The position numbers and the translations under genes are program-made. A model generated the notes under the pieces. It was not told the DNA's origin and did not search any database. It worked only from the letters and a program-made list of their open reading frames with translations. Of a DNA stretch of 34,066 nt, positions 26,141 to 34,066 are shown piece after piece; within the stretch, counting starts at the first letter, position 1; each line of letters starts with the position of its first letter. The stretch covers positions 1 to 34,066 of the forward strand of contig JBFXGD010000020.1 of assembly GCA_050178385.1 (NCBI GenBank). Reading direction: 5' to 3'. The stretch is from Calditrichaceae bacterium. GTDB lineage: Bacteria > Calditrichota > Calditrichia > Calditrichales > JBFXGD01.

Positions 26141-27031
26141 TTACTTTAAGGATGAAATCTGCTCGTCCGCATGATAGGAACTTCTGACCAGCGGTCCGGA
26201 TTCCACATGTTTGAACCCAAGTTCCAGACCGATGCTCTTAAGTTCTTTAAATTCATCAGGGTGATAATATCTGGTTAAGGGATAGTGCATTTTAGTCGGA
26301 GGAAGATACTGACCGATGGTCAGGATATCGCAGCCGACCGCTCTTAGCTCTTTCATCGCTTCAATGATTTCATCTTTCTCCTCCCCGACCCCAACCATCA
26401 TACCGGATTTCGTCGTAAAACCCCGTTTTTTGGCATGGTCCAGCACGGAAACCGATCGTTCGAAGTATGCCTGAACACGAAGCGCTTTTTGTAAACGCTT
26501 AACCGTTTCAACATTGTGATTGAGAATATCCGGTTTAGCGTCAAGCACCACATCCAGATCATCGAAATCTCCCTTAAAATCGGGTATCAGCACTTCGACG
26601 GAGCATCCCGGAGCCTGCTGTCTTATCTGACGGATCGTTTCCGCGAAGATGAAAGCCCCACCGTCAGAAAGATCATCCCGCGCGACAGAGGTAATTACTG
26701 CGTGACGCAATTTGAGGTCATTTACCGCTTCACCTACCCGGTAGGGCTCTTCGATGTCATATTCCGTCGGTTTCCGGACGTCAATATTGCAAAATGTGCA
26801 GCTTCTCGTGCAGATATTCCCCAAAATCATAAAAGTCGCCGTCCCCCGGCCCCAGCATTCACCCAGATTTGGGCAACGCGCGCTTTCACAAACCGTATTA
26901 AGGCTTCTGCCTTTTACCAAATGTCTTAAATCCGAAAATTCATGATTACTACCCAGCTTCACCTTTAGCCATTCAGGCCTGCGTAAAGCAATATTCTGCT
27001 CTATATTTAAAGGATTTGTCTTTTTTGCCAA
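26141..27031 (-). CDS. lipA: Lipoyl synthase
   Basis: TVCESARCPNLGECW (CX4CX5C), CTRSCTFC radical-SAM motif, HNVETV, GQYL, VRSSY. Confidence 0.97.
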   Translation of the reverse strand: MAKKTNPLNIEQNIALRRPEWLKVKLGSNHEFSDLRHLVKGRSLNTVCESARCPNLGECWGRGTATFMILGNICTRSCTFCNIDVRKPTEYDIEEPYRVGEAVNDLKLRHAVITSVARDDLSDGGAFIFAETIRQIRQQAPGCSVEVLIPDFKGDFDDLDVVLDAKPDILNHNVETVKRLQKALRVQAYFERSVSVLDHAKKRGFTTKSGMMVGVGEEKDEIIEAMKELRAVGCDILTIGQYLPPTKMHYPLTRYYHPDEFKELKSIGLELGFKHVESGPLVRSSYHADEQISSLK

Positions 27032-27094
27032 TGATAATTCCTTTGTTATAATTTCTTTTAAAACACAAAAATATTCTGATCTTGATCAATCAGA

Positions 27095-28093
27095 TCAGAA
27101 TCGAATCAGACTTGACGCCCATGTAAAACCGCTGCCGAAAGATGCAATACTTACGAGGCTGTTGTCTTTAATAAGACCCATTTCCATCGCTTCACTCATA
27201 GCAATAGGAATAGATGCCGCAGTAGTATTGCCATACCGTTCTATATTGCTGAAAACTTTTTCCGGTGGTAATTCAAGTCTTATTTGGACGGCTTCGGTGA
27301 TACGTTTGTTAGCCTGGTGCGGAATAACAAGATCGATATCATCTTTTGTATATCCGGTGGCATCAAGCGATTCCTGGATCACTTCCGGAAATCGTGTCAC
27401 CGCGTTTTTAAAAACATGTCTGCCGTTCATATACGGATAAATCGATCCTTCTTCAATCATTTGTACCGACAACCTTCCTGGCTTCACGCTTCCGGGATCT
27501 TCAGCCCAAAGATGTTTTGTAAAGCGGCCGTCCGCATGGAGGTGACTTGTCAGCACGCCTTTTTTCTTGTCATCAGTGGCTGTCATTACCACAGCGCCTG
27601 CGCCGTCACCAAAAAGAACCGCTACATCCCGTCCGCGGGTTGTTAAATCGAGTCCCGTACTGTGAACTTCGCTGCCCACAACGAGGATGTTCTTATACAG
27701 GCCGGTTTTTATAAACTGATCCGCGGTAGCGACCCCATACACAAAACCCGTACATTGATTTCTGATATCCATCGCGCCGATCCCGTAAAGCTCAAGATGT
27801 TCCTGCATCGGGCATCCGGAACCGGGAAATACAAAATCGGGGCTCAAAGTCGCAAATATAATAAAATCAATTTCTTCAGCTTTCATTCCGGCCATATCCA
27901 GGGCTTTTTTGGCAGCCTGCGCTCCCATATATGATGTTGTTTCAACACCCGGATTAACAAATCTGCGTTCAACAATACCTGTTCTCTCACGGATCCAGGC
28001 ATCAGAAGTATCCATTATTTTTTCTAAATCAAAATTTGTAACAACTCGATCCGGGAGATAGCGCCCTACTCCCACGATTTTTGAATTTTTCAT
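27095..28093 (-). CDS. fabH: 3-oxoacyl-ACP synthase III
   Basis: DTSDAWIRERTGI, NQCTGF, FGDGAGA, PHQAN, GNTTAASIP (Cys-His-Asn triad). Confidence 0.95.
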   Translation of the reverse strand: MKNSKIVGVGRYLPDRVVTNFDLEKIMDTSDAWIRERTGIVERRFVNPGVETTSYMGAQAAKKALDMAGMKAEEIDFIIFATLSPDFVFPGSGCPMQEHLELYGIGAMDIRNQCTGFVYGVATADQFIKTGLYKNILVVGSEVHSTGLDLTTRGRDVAVLFGDGAGAVVMTATDDKKKGVLTSHLHADGRFTKHLWAEDPGSVKPGRLSVQMIEEGSIYPYMNGRHVFKNAVTRFPEVIQESLDATGYTKDDIDLVIPHQANKRITEAVQIRLELPPEKVFSNIERYGNTTAASIPIAMSEAMEMGLIKDNSLVSIASFGSGFTWASSLIRF

Positions 28094-28196
28094 ACTCACC
28101 TTTCTGAATTATGTTAATTTTTAAATTGAGAAAATATACAAATTTTTATCCTTAATTTAAAGTGAGTGATATTTAGCATCATCCCTGACTTTTATT

Positions 28197-29057
28197 TTAA
28201 AAATATTTTTTTATAAATTGGTCTACGCCCTCCGCCAGTTTCGGATCGGTCAATAGTGATGAATGAGAATGACCTTCCATTTTTAAACTTTCCACATTCC
28301 CCCTGTTCGCAGATTTTACGAGCATGTCCATATTTCCAAATGCTACTGTCTCATCACGGTCGCCATGGACCACCAAAACCGGATTCTGAAAAGTCTTAAT
28401 TGTATGAGACGGAGTGATCAGGCTGAATTTTTTCCCCAACCTTACTTCAATGAATGTCAAAATACTGTTTGCAAAACCCCGCGGCATTTTTTTCTTCAGA
28501 AATATTTCACGCATGAACGATTCCAGATCCGCAAATGTTCCAATAGTTACTACGCCTCCGATTCTTGGGTCATCGGCGGCTTTATAAAGTGATGCGGCTC
28601 CTCCCAATGAATGGCCTAAAAGTACTATCCTTTTATCAGAAACTGAGCCGTTCCGGACATATTCTGCCACCTGATCGAGATCTTCCTTAAATTTGATCAT
28701 GGACGAATAACCGTCATCATCGCTCTCACCATGATTTCGGCAATTTAGCAAAACAACCCTCCACCTGTGCTCCAGACTCTTAGTCAAAGTCAGCAGCTTC
28801 TCTGAAGTACTCGCCCATCCATGAACACCTATGATTACAGGGCCATCGGCAGTCGAATTGATATCCCAAATCTGAATTTTTTTACCGTGTTTCGTTTTGA
28901 GAAACAAATTTTTGTATTCCAATCCGAAATCTTCCGGATTTTTAGAATTGGAAATATGCGGCAGATTAAAAGATTTCTGCAGCACGTAATTAAACATGAT
29001 ATACAACGCAATAATCCCGGTAAAGCTCAGAAAAACAATCGATAGTATAACATTCAC
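28197..29057 (-). CDS. Membrane-anchored alpha/beta hydrolase
   Basis: N-terminal TM, HGW, GHSLGG nucleophile elbow, HGDRDETV, GHSH. Confidence 0.9.
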   Translation of the reverse strand: MNVILSIVFLSFTGIIALYIMFNYVLQKSFNLPHISNSKNPEDFGLEYKNLFLKTKHGKKIQIWDINSTADGPVIIGVHGWASTSEKLLTLTKSLEHRWRVVLLNCRNHGESDDDGYSSMIKFKEDLDQVAEYVRNGSVSDKRIVLLGHSLGGAASLYKAADDPRIGGVVTIGTFADLESFMREIFLKKKMPRGFANSILTFIEVRLGKKFSLITPSHTIKTFQNPVLVVHGDRDETVAFGNMDMLVKSANRGNVESLKMEGHSHSSLLTDPKLAEGVDQFIKKYF

Positions 29058-29252
29058 AGCCCTAACTCCTTCTTAGCCATCAGATTCTCAGCGCATTGCA
29101 CTAACGGACAGTAGAAATCGAATGAATTTTATCAAATAATTTCATTTATTGTCTATTGTCTTTATATTCAATTCCTGAATCTAACTCAATAATAAATAAA
29201 TAGTAAATAAAAACTCAACAAATAACTATCGTTCAATTTACCGGGTCTGACA

Positions 29253-30200
29253 ATGAATTTTATTATAATGCATTTTTCTTCATGGTTCAAAAAATTATTT
29301 ATTTTACTCCTGATAATTATACTTTTTTCATGTGATGAAGACAACAGTATTACACCACCCGAAAACGGGACACCAGAATTTCATGTGACGGCCTACGGTG
29401 ATTCAGGCAGCTTCGAAATCGCTACCTGGAATATAGAAAACTTCCCGAAAGCGTCATCCACGACCATCAAAAATCTGGCAAATATTATAACCGATCTCGA
29501 TGTGGACATCATCGCCGTTGAGGAAATTACAAATACGGGTTCATTCAACTCACTTCTCACCGATCTGAGCGGCTGGGATGGAGTACTCTCCTCTGATGTT
29601 TATAATGATGGATCTTATCAGAAAACGGGCATTTTGTATAAAACGGATATTGTCAGCGTTTCCAATGTCAGAAATATTTTTACAAATGACAGCTACGCGT
29701 TTCCCCGTCCGCCGCTGACCGCGTTTATAGAGATAAAAGACACCACGGGTATCAAGTATGACTTTAATATTATCGTTTTACATCTTAAAGCATATGGAGA
29801 TTCTCTGTCGGTTAACCGACGCCGGGAAGCCTGTTTGCAATTAAATGATTACATAGAACTTCAGATCGCGGCAGGAGATGACGCGGATTTCATTGTTCTC
29901 GGTGACTGGAACGATCAACTGTCTGATCCAGATTCGGTAAACGTTTTTATGCCATTTTTAGCGGATTCAAACGGTTATACTTTCCTGACAGAAGGAATAT
30001 CAGACAAGTATTCCTATATTTCAGACTATTATAACAGTTTAATTGATCACATTCTCATCACCGGGGATTCCCGTCAGGAATTTTCATCCGGGAATCTCGA
30101 TATATTGTATCTCGATTCAGAGTTTTCCGACTATGAATCCACTATATCCGATCACCGGCCCGTAGTTGCGAAATTCAAAGGCTTTGAATTACACTATTGA
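29253..30200 (+). CDS. Exonuclease/endonuclease/phosphatase (DNase I-like) lipoprotein
   Basis: Lipobox LFS-C; ATWNIENF, VEEI, HLKA, GDWND, IDHILI, SDHRPV. Confidence 0.9.
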   Translation: MNFIIMHFSSWFKKLFILLLIIILFSCDEDNSITPPENGTPEFHVTAYGDSGSFEIATWNIENFPKASSTTIKNLANIITDLDVDIIAVEEITNTGSFNSLLTDLSGWDGVLSSDVYNDGSYQKTGILYKTDIVSVSNVRNIFTNDSYAFPRPPLTAFIEIKDTTGIKYDFNIIVLHLKAYGDSLSVNRRREACLQLNDYIELQIAAGDDADFIVLGDWNDQLSDPDSVNVFMPFLADSNGYTFLTEGISDKYSYISDYYNSLIDHILITGDSRQEFSSGNLDILYLDSEFSDYESTISDHRPVVAKFKGFELHY

Positions 30201-30218
30201 TGTAATTCATGAATGGAA

Positions 30219-30617
30219 TTATTCCGTTTCGACTTTATTCTTCCGTTGGATGAATAATTTATACAGGTACGAAAAAAATAATATCCCGCTGATATCAGCA
30301 ACCCAGTCATATATATCAGACGTCCTGCCCGGAACAAAAGACTGATGCAACTCATCTGAAAACGCGAAAAGCATTCCCGCAATAATTACAATTATGAATA
30401 AATTTTTTTGCGCGAAATCGCTTTCCGTCATTAAAAGTCCCCTTGTCAGGGACAATCCCCAGATTCCGAACACTATAAAATGAAGCAGTTTATCAATAAA
30501 ACTGACTCCAACATCCGGGAGATATATCGAACTTACAGATGACTGAATAGTGATAAGTATGGACATCAAGATCCATGGAAAGTGAGCATCCAATTTTTTT
30601 AGCATTTTCAACTCCAT
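30219..30617 (-). CDS. VanZ-family membrane protein
   Basis: DKLLHFIVFG, SDELHQSFVPGRTSDIYDWVAD. Confidence 0.9.
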   Translation of the reverse strand: MELKMLKKLDAHFPWILMSILITIQSSVSSIYLPDVGVSFIDKLLHFIVFGIWGLSLTRGLLMTESDFAQKNLFIIVIIAGMLFAFSDELHQSFVPGRTSDIYDWVADISGILFFSYLYKLFIQRKNKVETE

Positions 30618-30847
30618 TTTCTAAATGCTGTAGATTATCAAAAAATCAATTGTTTTGAGATATATTAAAAAATATAGCAAACATTAAAATTATTGTCAAC
30701 GTGATAAAAATAAATGCTCGATCTGATACCGGCATATAAGATGCTCTGTAAAATGTTTCTAAAATCACTTAACATAGTTGAATTCACGTCGATTATTTTT
30801 TGACATTAGGAAGGCTGTTCTCTAAATTATTTGGGTTTGAGGAGATT

Positions 30848-31267
30848 ATGGCAATAACAAAAAAAGATAAAAATACATATATTTTCCCGAGCAGTATTGA
30901 GTATTTGGAAAAAATCGAGGCAATCTCCGAAAAAATTGCCGCAAAAGCAGGTATGGATGAATCCGCTTCTGATGATCTGTCTATTGCCGTTACTGAACTG
31001 GTCAACAATGCCATCCATCATGGCAATAAAGATGATAAAAGCAAAAAAGTCACTGTTACATTTTTCCCGGGTAAAAAGCAGATTAAAGTCTCGATAAGCG
31101 ACGAAGGAAACGGTTTTAACCCATCGAAAGTTAAAGACCCGGTCGCTCCGGAAAATCTGCTCGCAGAAAGCGGCAGGGGAATTTATCTTGTTGAAGCTTT
31201 AATGGATGATCTGAAAATCAATCTAACCGGATCGGGCACCGAAATAATCATTATCAAAAAATTTTAA
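30848..31267 (+). CDS. RsbW-like anti-sigma factor / Ser-Thr kinase (HATPase_c)
   Basis: IAVTELVNNAIHHGN, ISDEGNGF, ESGRGIYLVEALMD. ATG 30848 after GAGGAG. Confidence 0.9.
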   Translation: MAITKKDKNTYIFPSSIEYLEKIEAISEKIAAKAGMDESASDDLSIAVTELVNNAIHHGNKDDKSKKVTVTFFPGKKQIKVSISDEGNGFNPSKVKDPVAPENLLAESGRGIYLVEALMDDLKINLTGSGTEIIIIKKF

Positions 31268-31294
31268 CATTTAATAATAATAGCAGGTATATAG

Positions 31295-32398
31295 ATGTCA
31301 GACAAAACCGTTGTCGTAGCGATGAGCGGTGGCGTTGATAGTTCCGTAGCGGCAGTTCTTTTAAAAGAACAGGGTTATAAATGTATTGGTATAACAATGA
31401 AGCTGTGGGACTATGAACTGGTTGGTGGAAATATTAACCACGAGAGCGGCTGCTGTTCACTTGATTCCATAAATGACGCGCGAATGGTTTGCGCGAAAAT
31501 AGACATTCCGCACTATGTTTTAAATTTCAGCCGGGAGTTTCACACCGGTGTCGTTGACGATTTTATTAACGAATATATCGCCGGACGCACACCAAATCCC
31601 TGCGTTCAGTGCAATCTTAAAATCAAATGGAAAACTTTGATTGATAAGGCAGTGGAATTAGGGGCTGATTATATCGCAACCGGACACTATGCGCGCGTCA
31701 AACACAACGAGCAAACCGGCAGGTACGAATTACACAGGGGTTTGGACCCAAACAAAGATCAGTCTTACGCTCTCTGGGGAACCCGGCAGGAAAGTCTTGC
31801 CAGGACCTTGCTTCCTCTTGGTGAACTGACCAAACCACAAGTGAGAGAACTGGCGCGAAAATATGATCTGCGTACCGCGGAAAAAAGTGAAAGTATGGAA
31901 ATCTGCTTTGTCCCGGATAATAATTACAAACGTTTCCTTAAAACCATTGTCCCTGAACTGGAAGAAAAAGTTAATGATGGAGATCTTGTCAGTATCACTG
32001 GTGATAAATTAGGGTCTCACCATGGATATCCGTTTTTTACAATCGGTCAGCGCCGGGGAATTGGGAAAGGTTTTGGGAAACCGATGTATGTGGTGGACAC
32101 GAATCCGAAAAACAATGAAGTCATCATTGGTGAGGAAAAAGATCTTTATTCAAGCGAACTTACTACAAAATCCGTAAATTTTATCGGAATAAGCGCCGCG
32201 GATGACGAGGTTCGGGCCACTGTAAAAATCAGATACAAGGATCAGGGCAGCCCGGCTACTTTATTTTCCGTCGGAGACGGCAAGGTTAGAGTAATATTTG
32301 ATAATCCCCAGAAAGCGGTAACTCCGGGTCAATCGGCCGTATTTTACGACGGTGATTCGGTTCTGGGCGGCGGAATCATCGAATCTTTCAAACGATAA
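31295..32398 (+). CDS. mnmA: tRNA 2-thiouridine(34) synthase
   Basis: AMSGGVDS, GCCS, TPNPCVQCN, ATGHY, KDQSY, ESMEICF, TIGQRRG, PGQSAVFY. Confidence 0.97.
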   Translation: MSDKTVVVAMSGGVDSSVAAVLLKEQGYKCIGITMKLWDYELVGGNINHESGCCSLDSINDARMVCAKIDIPHYVLNFSREFHTGVVDDFINEYIAGRTPNPCVQCNLKIKWKTLIDKAVELGADYIATGHYARVKHNEQTGRYELHRGLDPNKDQSYALWGTRQESLARTLLPLGELTKPQVRELARKYDLRTAEKSESMEICFVPDNNYKRFLKTIVPELEEKVNDGDLVSITGDKLGSHHGYPFFTIGQRRGIGKGFGKPMYVVDTNPKNNEVIIGEEKDLYSSELTTKSVNFIGISAADDEVRATVKIRYKDQGSPATLFSVGDGKVRVIFDNPQKAVTPGQSAVFYDGDSVLGGGIIESFKR

Positions 32399-32428
32399 TA
32401 ATCAGACAGAAAAATGACAGGAACATAA

Positions 32429-33244
32429 ATGTCAGTATCCAAAAATGTAAAAAAAATGACCGTCCCGACCATAATGGATATGAAAAGCAAGGGTGAGAAG
32501 ATAACCATGCTCACTGCTTATGACGCTCTTATGGCGCAGATATTGGATGACAGCGGTATTGATATCATTCTGGTTGGCGACTCGGGCGGTATGGTGATGG
32601 GCGGCCATGAAAACACACTTGCGGTTACAATGGATGAAATGATTCATTACACCCGTTCTGTACGGCGCGGAGTCAGTAAGGCGCTGCTGATTGCCGATAT
32701 GCCTTTTTTATCCTATCAGGCCGATATGGGTGAAGCGATCAGGAATGCCGGTCGTTTTCTTCAGGAGGCAGGCGCCGAGGGTGTGAAGATTGAGGGCGGA
32801 AAAGCGGTTGCCGGCCTGGTTCAAAAACTGGTTGATTACGGTATCCCGGTTATGGGGCATATTGGATTGACACCGCAGTCTATCCATCAGTTTGGCGGAT
32901 ACGGACTGAGGGGCAATAATCGAAAAATGGCAGAAGAATTAATCGAAGACGCAAAAATTTTGCAGGACGCCGGAGCCTTCTGTATCGTTCTCGAAAAAAT
33001 ACCGGCTGAACTAGCGGAAAAAATTTCAGAAACACTAAAAATTCCGACAATCGGGATTGGTGCCGGAGTCAATTGCGACGGTCAGGTTCTGGTGAGTCAA
33101 GATATGCTGGGTATGTATACTAAATTTAAACCGAAATTTGTAAGAAGGTATGCGGAACTTGGTGAACTGATGACAACTGCTTTTAAAAACTACATCACTG
33201 AAGTTAAAAACAATCGATTTCCGGATACAGATGAAAGTTATTAA
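32429..33244 (+). CDS. panB: 3-methyl-2-oxobutanoate hydroxymethyltransferase
   Basis: MLTAYD, LVGDS, ADMPF, VKIEGG, GHIGLTPQS, GIGAG, DGQVLV. Confidence 0.97.
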   Translation: MSVSKNVKKMTVPTIMDMKSKGEKITMLTAYDALMAQILDDSGIDIILVGDSGGMVMGGHENTLAVTMDEMIHYTRSVRRGVSKALLIADMPFLSYQADMGEAIRNAGRFLQEAGAEGVKIEGGKAVAGLVQKLVDYGIPVMGHIGLTPQSIHQFGGYGLRGNNRKMAEELIEDAKILQDAGAFCIVLEKIPAELAEKISETLKIPTIGIGAGVNCDGQVLVSQDMLGMYTKFKPKFVRRYAELGELMTTAFKNYITEVKNNRFPDTDESY

Positions 33245-34066
33245 AAATATTTCTGACATGCGGGCCTGGTCTGAATCCCGGCGGATTTCCGGTAAACGTA
33301 TCGGTTTTGTGCCCACCATGGGTTTTTTGCATGAGGGACATCTTAGTCTTATAAGAACAGCAAAAGAAAAATGCGAATTTGTGGTTGTCAGCATCTTCGT
33401 AAATCCCGCGCAGTTTGGTCCAAATGAGGATTTTTCAAGATATCCCAGAGATTTTGATCGTGACCGGCAAATGTGTCTGGAAGAAGGTGTCGATATCATC
33501 TTCTACCCTGCCGTTGAAGAGCTTTATCCCACCGGATACAAAACTTATGTTATTACTGAAGATATTTCAAAAATACTATGCGGAGTTTCCAGACCCGATC
33601 ATTTCAGGGGAGTTACGACAATTGTCGCGAAACTGTTCAATATCGTCAATCCGCATGTGGCCGTTTTCGGGCAGAAAGACGCCCAGCAGGCCATCATCAT
33701 TAAACGCATGATTTCCGATCTTGATTTCGGCATTGAGACCATTATAGCGCCTATTATCAGGGAACCCGATGGTCTTGCTATGAGCTCCAGAAACAAATAT
33801 CTTTCTGAAACCGATAAGAAAGAGGCTATTGCCCTTTACCGTAGTTTAAAACTCGCCCGGCTGGAGATGATCAATAAAAACAATGATGTGGCAGATATTC
33901 GCGAAAAAATGACACAATTGATCACATCCGAATCATCAGGCAGAATTGATTATATTGAATTTCGTGACGCAGACAGTCTTGTTGAAGAAAAAATCGCCGA
34001 AGGGAGTGTACTCGTGGCAATCGCGGTCTATTTTGGAAAAACGCGTTTAATAGATAATATGATCGT
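33231..34066 (+). CDS. panC: Pantoate--beta-alanine ligase (runs off the window end)
   Basis: Manual translation: MKVIKNISDM...IGFVPTMGFLHEGHLSL...SIFVNPAQF...RPDHFRGV...FGQKDAQQ...REPDGLAMSSRN...TRLIDN. Overlaps the panB stop. Confidence 0.96.
   Translation, partial: MKVIKNISDMRAWSESRRISGKRIGFVPTMGFLHEGHLSLIRTAKEKCEFVVVSIFVNPAQFGPNEDFSRYPRDFDRDRQMCLEEGVDIIFYPAVEELYPTGYKTYVITEDISKILCGVSRPDHFRGVTTIVAKLFNIVNPHVAVFGQKDAQQAIIIKRMISDLDFGIETIIAPIIREPDGLAMSSRNKYLSETDKKEAIALYRSLKLARLEMINKNNDVADIREKMTQLITSESSGRIDYIEFRDADSLVEEKIAEGSVLVAIAVYFGKTRLIDNMI

Noticed and set aside
1..34066. tRNA, rRNA, IS, integrase or prophage
   Set aside because: No cloverleaf, rRNA-like segment, transposase, integrase or terminal repeats were recognised; intergenic gaps are short.

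Overview
Bacterial chromosomal window from a diderm organism with low-to-moderate GC; the gene mix suggests an FCB-adjacent lineage such as Calditrichota/KSB1 (impression only). From left to right: the end of a LolD-like ABC ATPase and a beta-barrel gene; a UPF0316 membrane protein and rnhA; a minus-strand cstA / membrane protein / small protein / Cys-free ArsA(Get3)-like ATPase cluster, in which cstA has two in-frame TAA codons near its 5' end; an orphan TAXI solute-binding protein; a sigma-54 uptake module (sensor kinase, NtrC-type activator, porin, LivKHMGF-type ABC transporter, AcuB-like CBS protein) with a clear -24/-12 promoter and candidate enhancer repeats; a stand-alone DnaE2-like polymerase behind a perfect GTGTAC-N4-GTACAC palindrome (candidate SOS box); a SatD-family (nucleotidyl-cyclase-like + HTH) / DUF3307 membrane-protein pair preceded by four ATATAA-N9-TTAT boxes at an exact 29-bp period; then lspA, a hypothetical gene, a Mut7-C RNase, lipA, fabH, a hydrolase, a secreted EEP nuclease, VanZ, RsbW, mnmA, panB and partial panC. 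No CRISPR array, RNA gene or mobile element was seen. The best candidate for an under-described system is the SatD-DUF3307 module with its phased box array.
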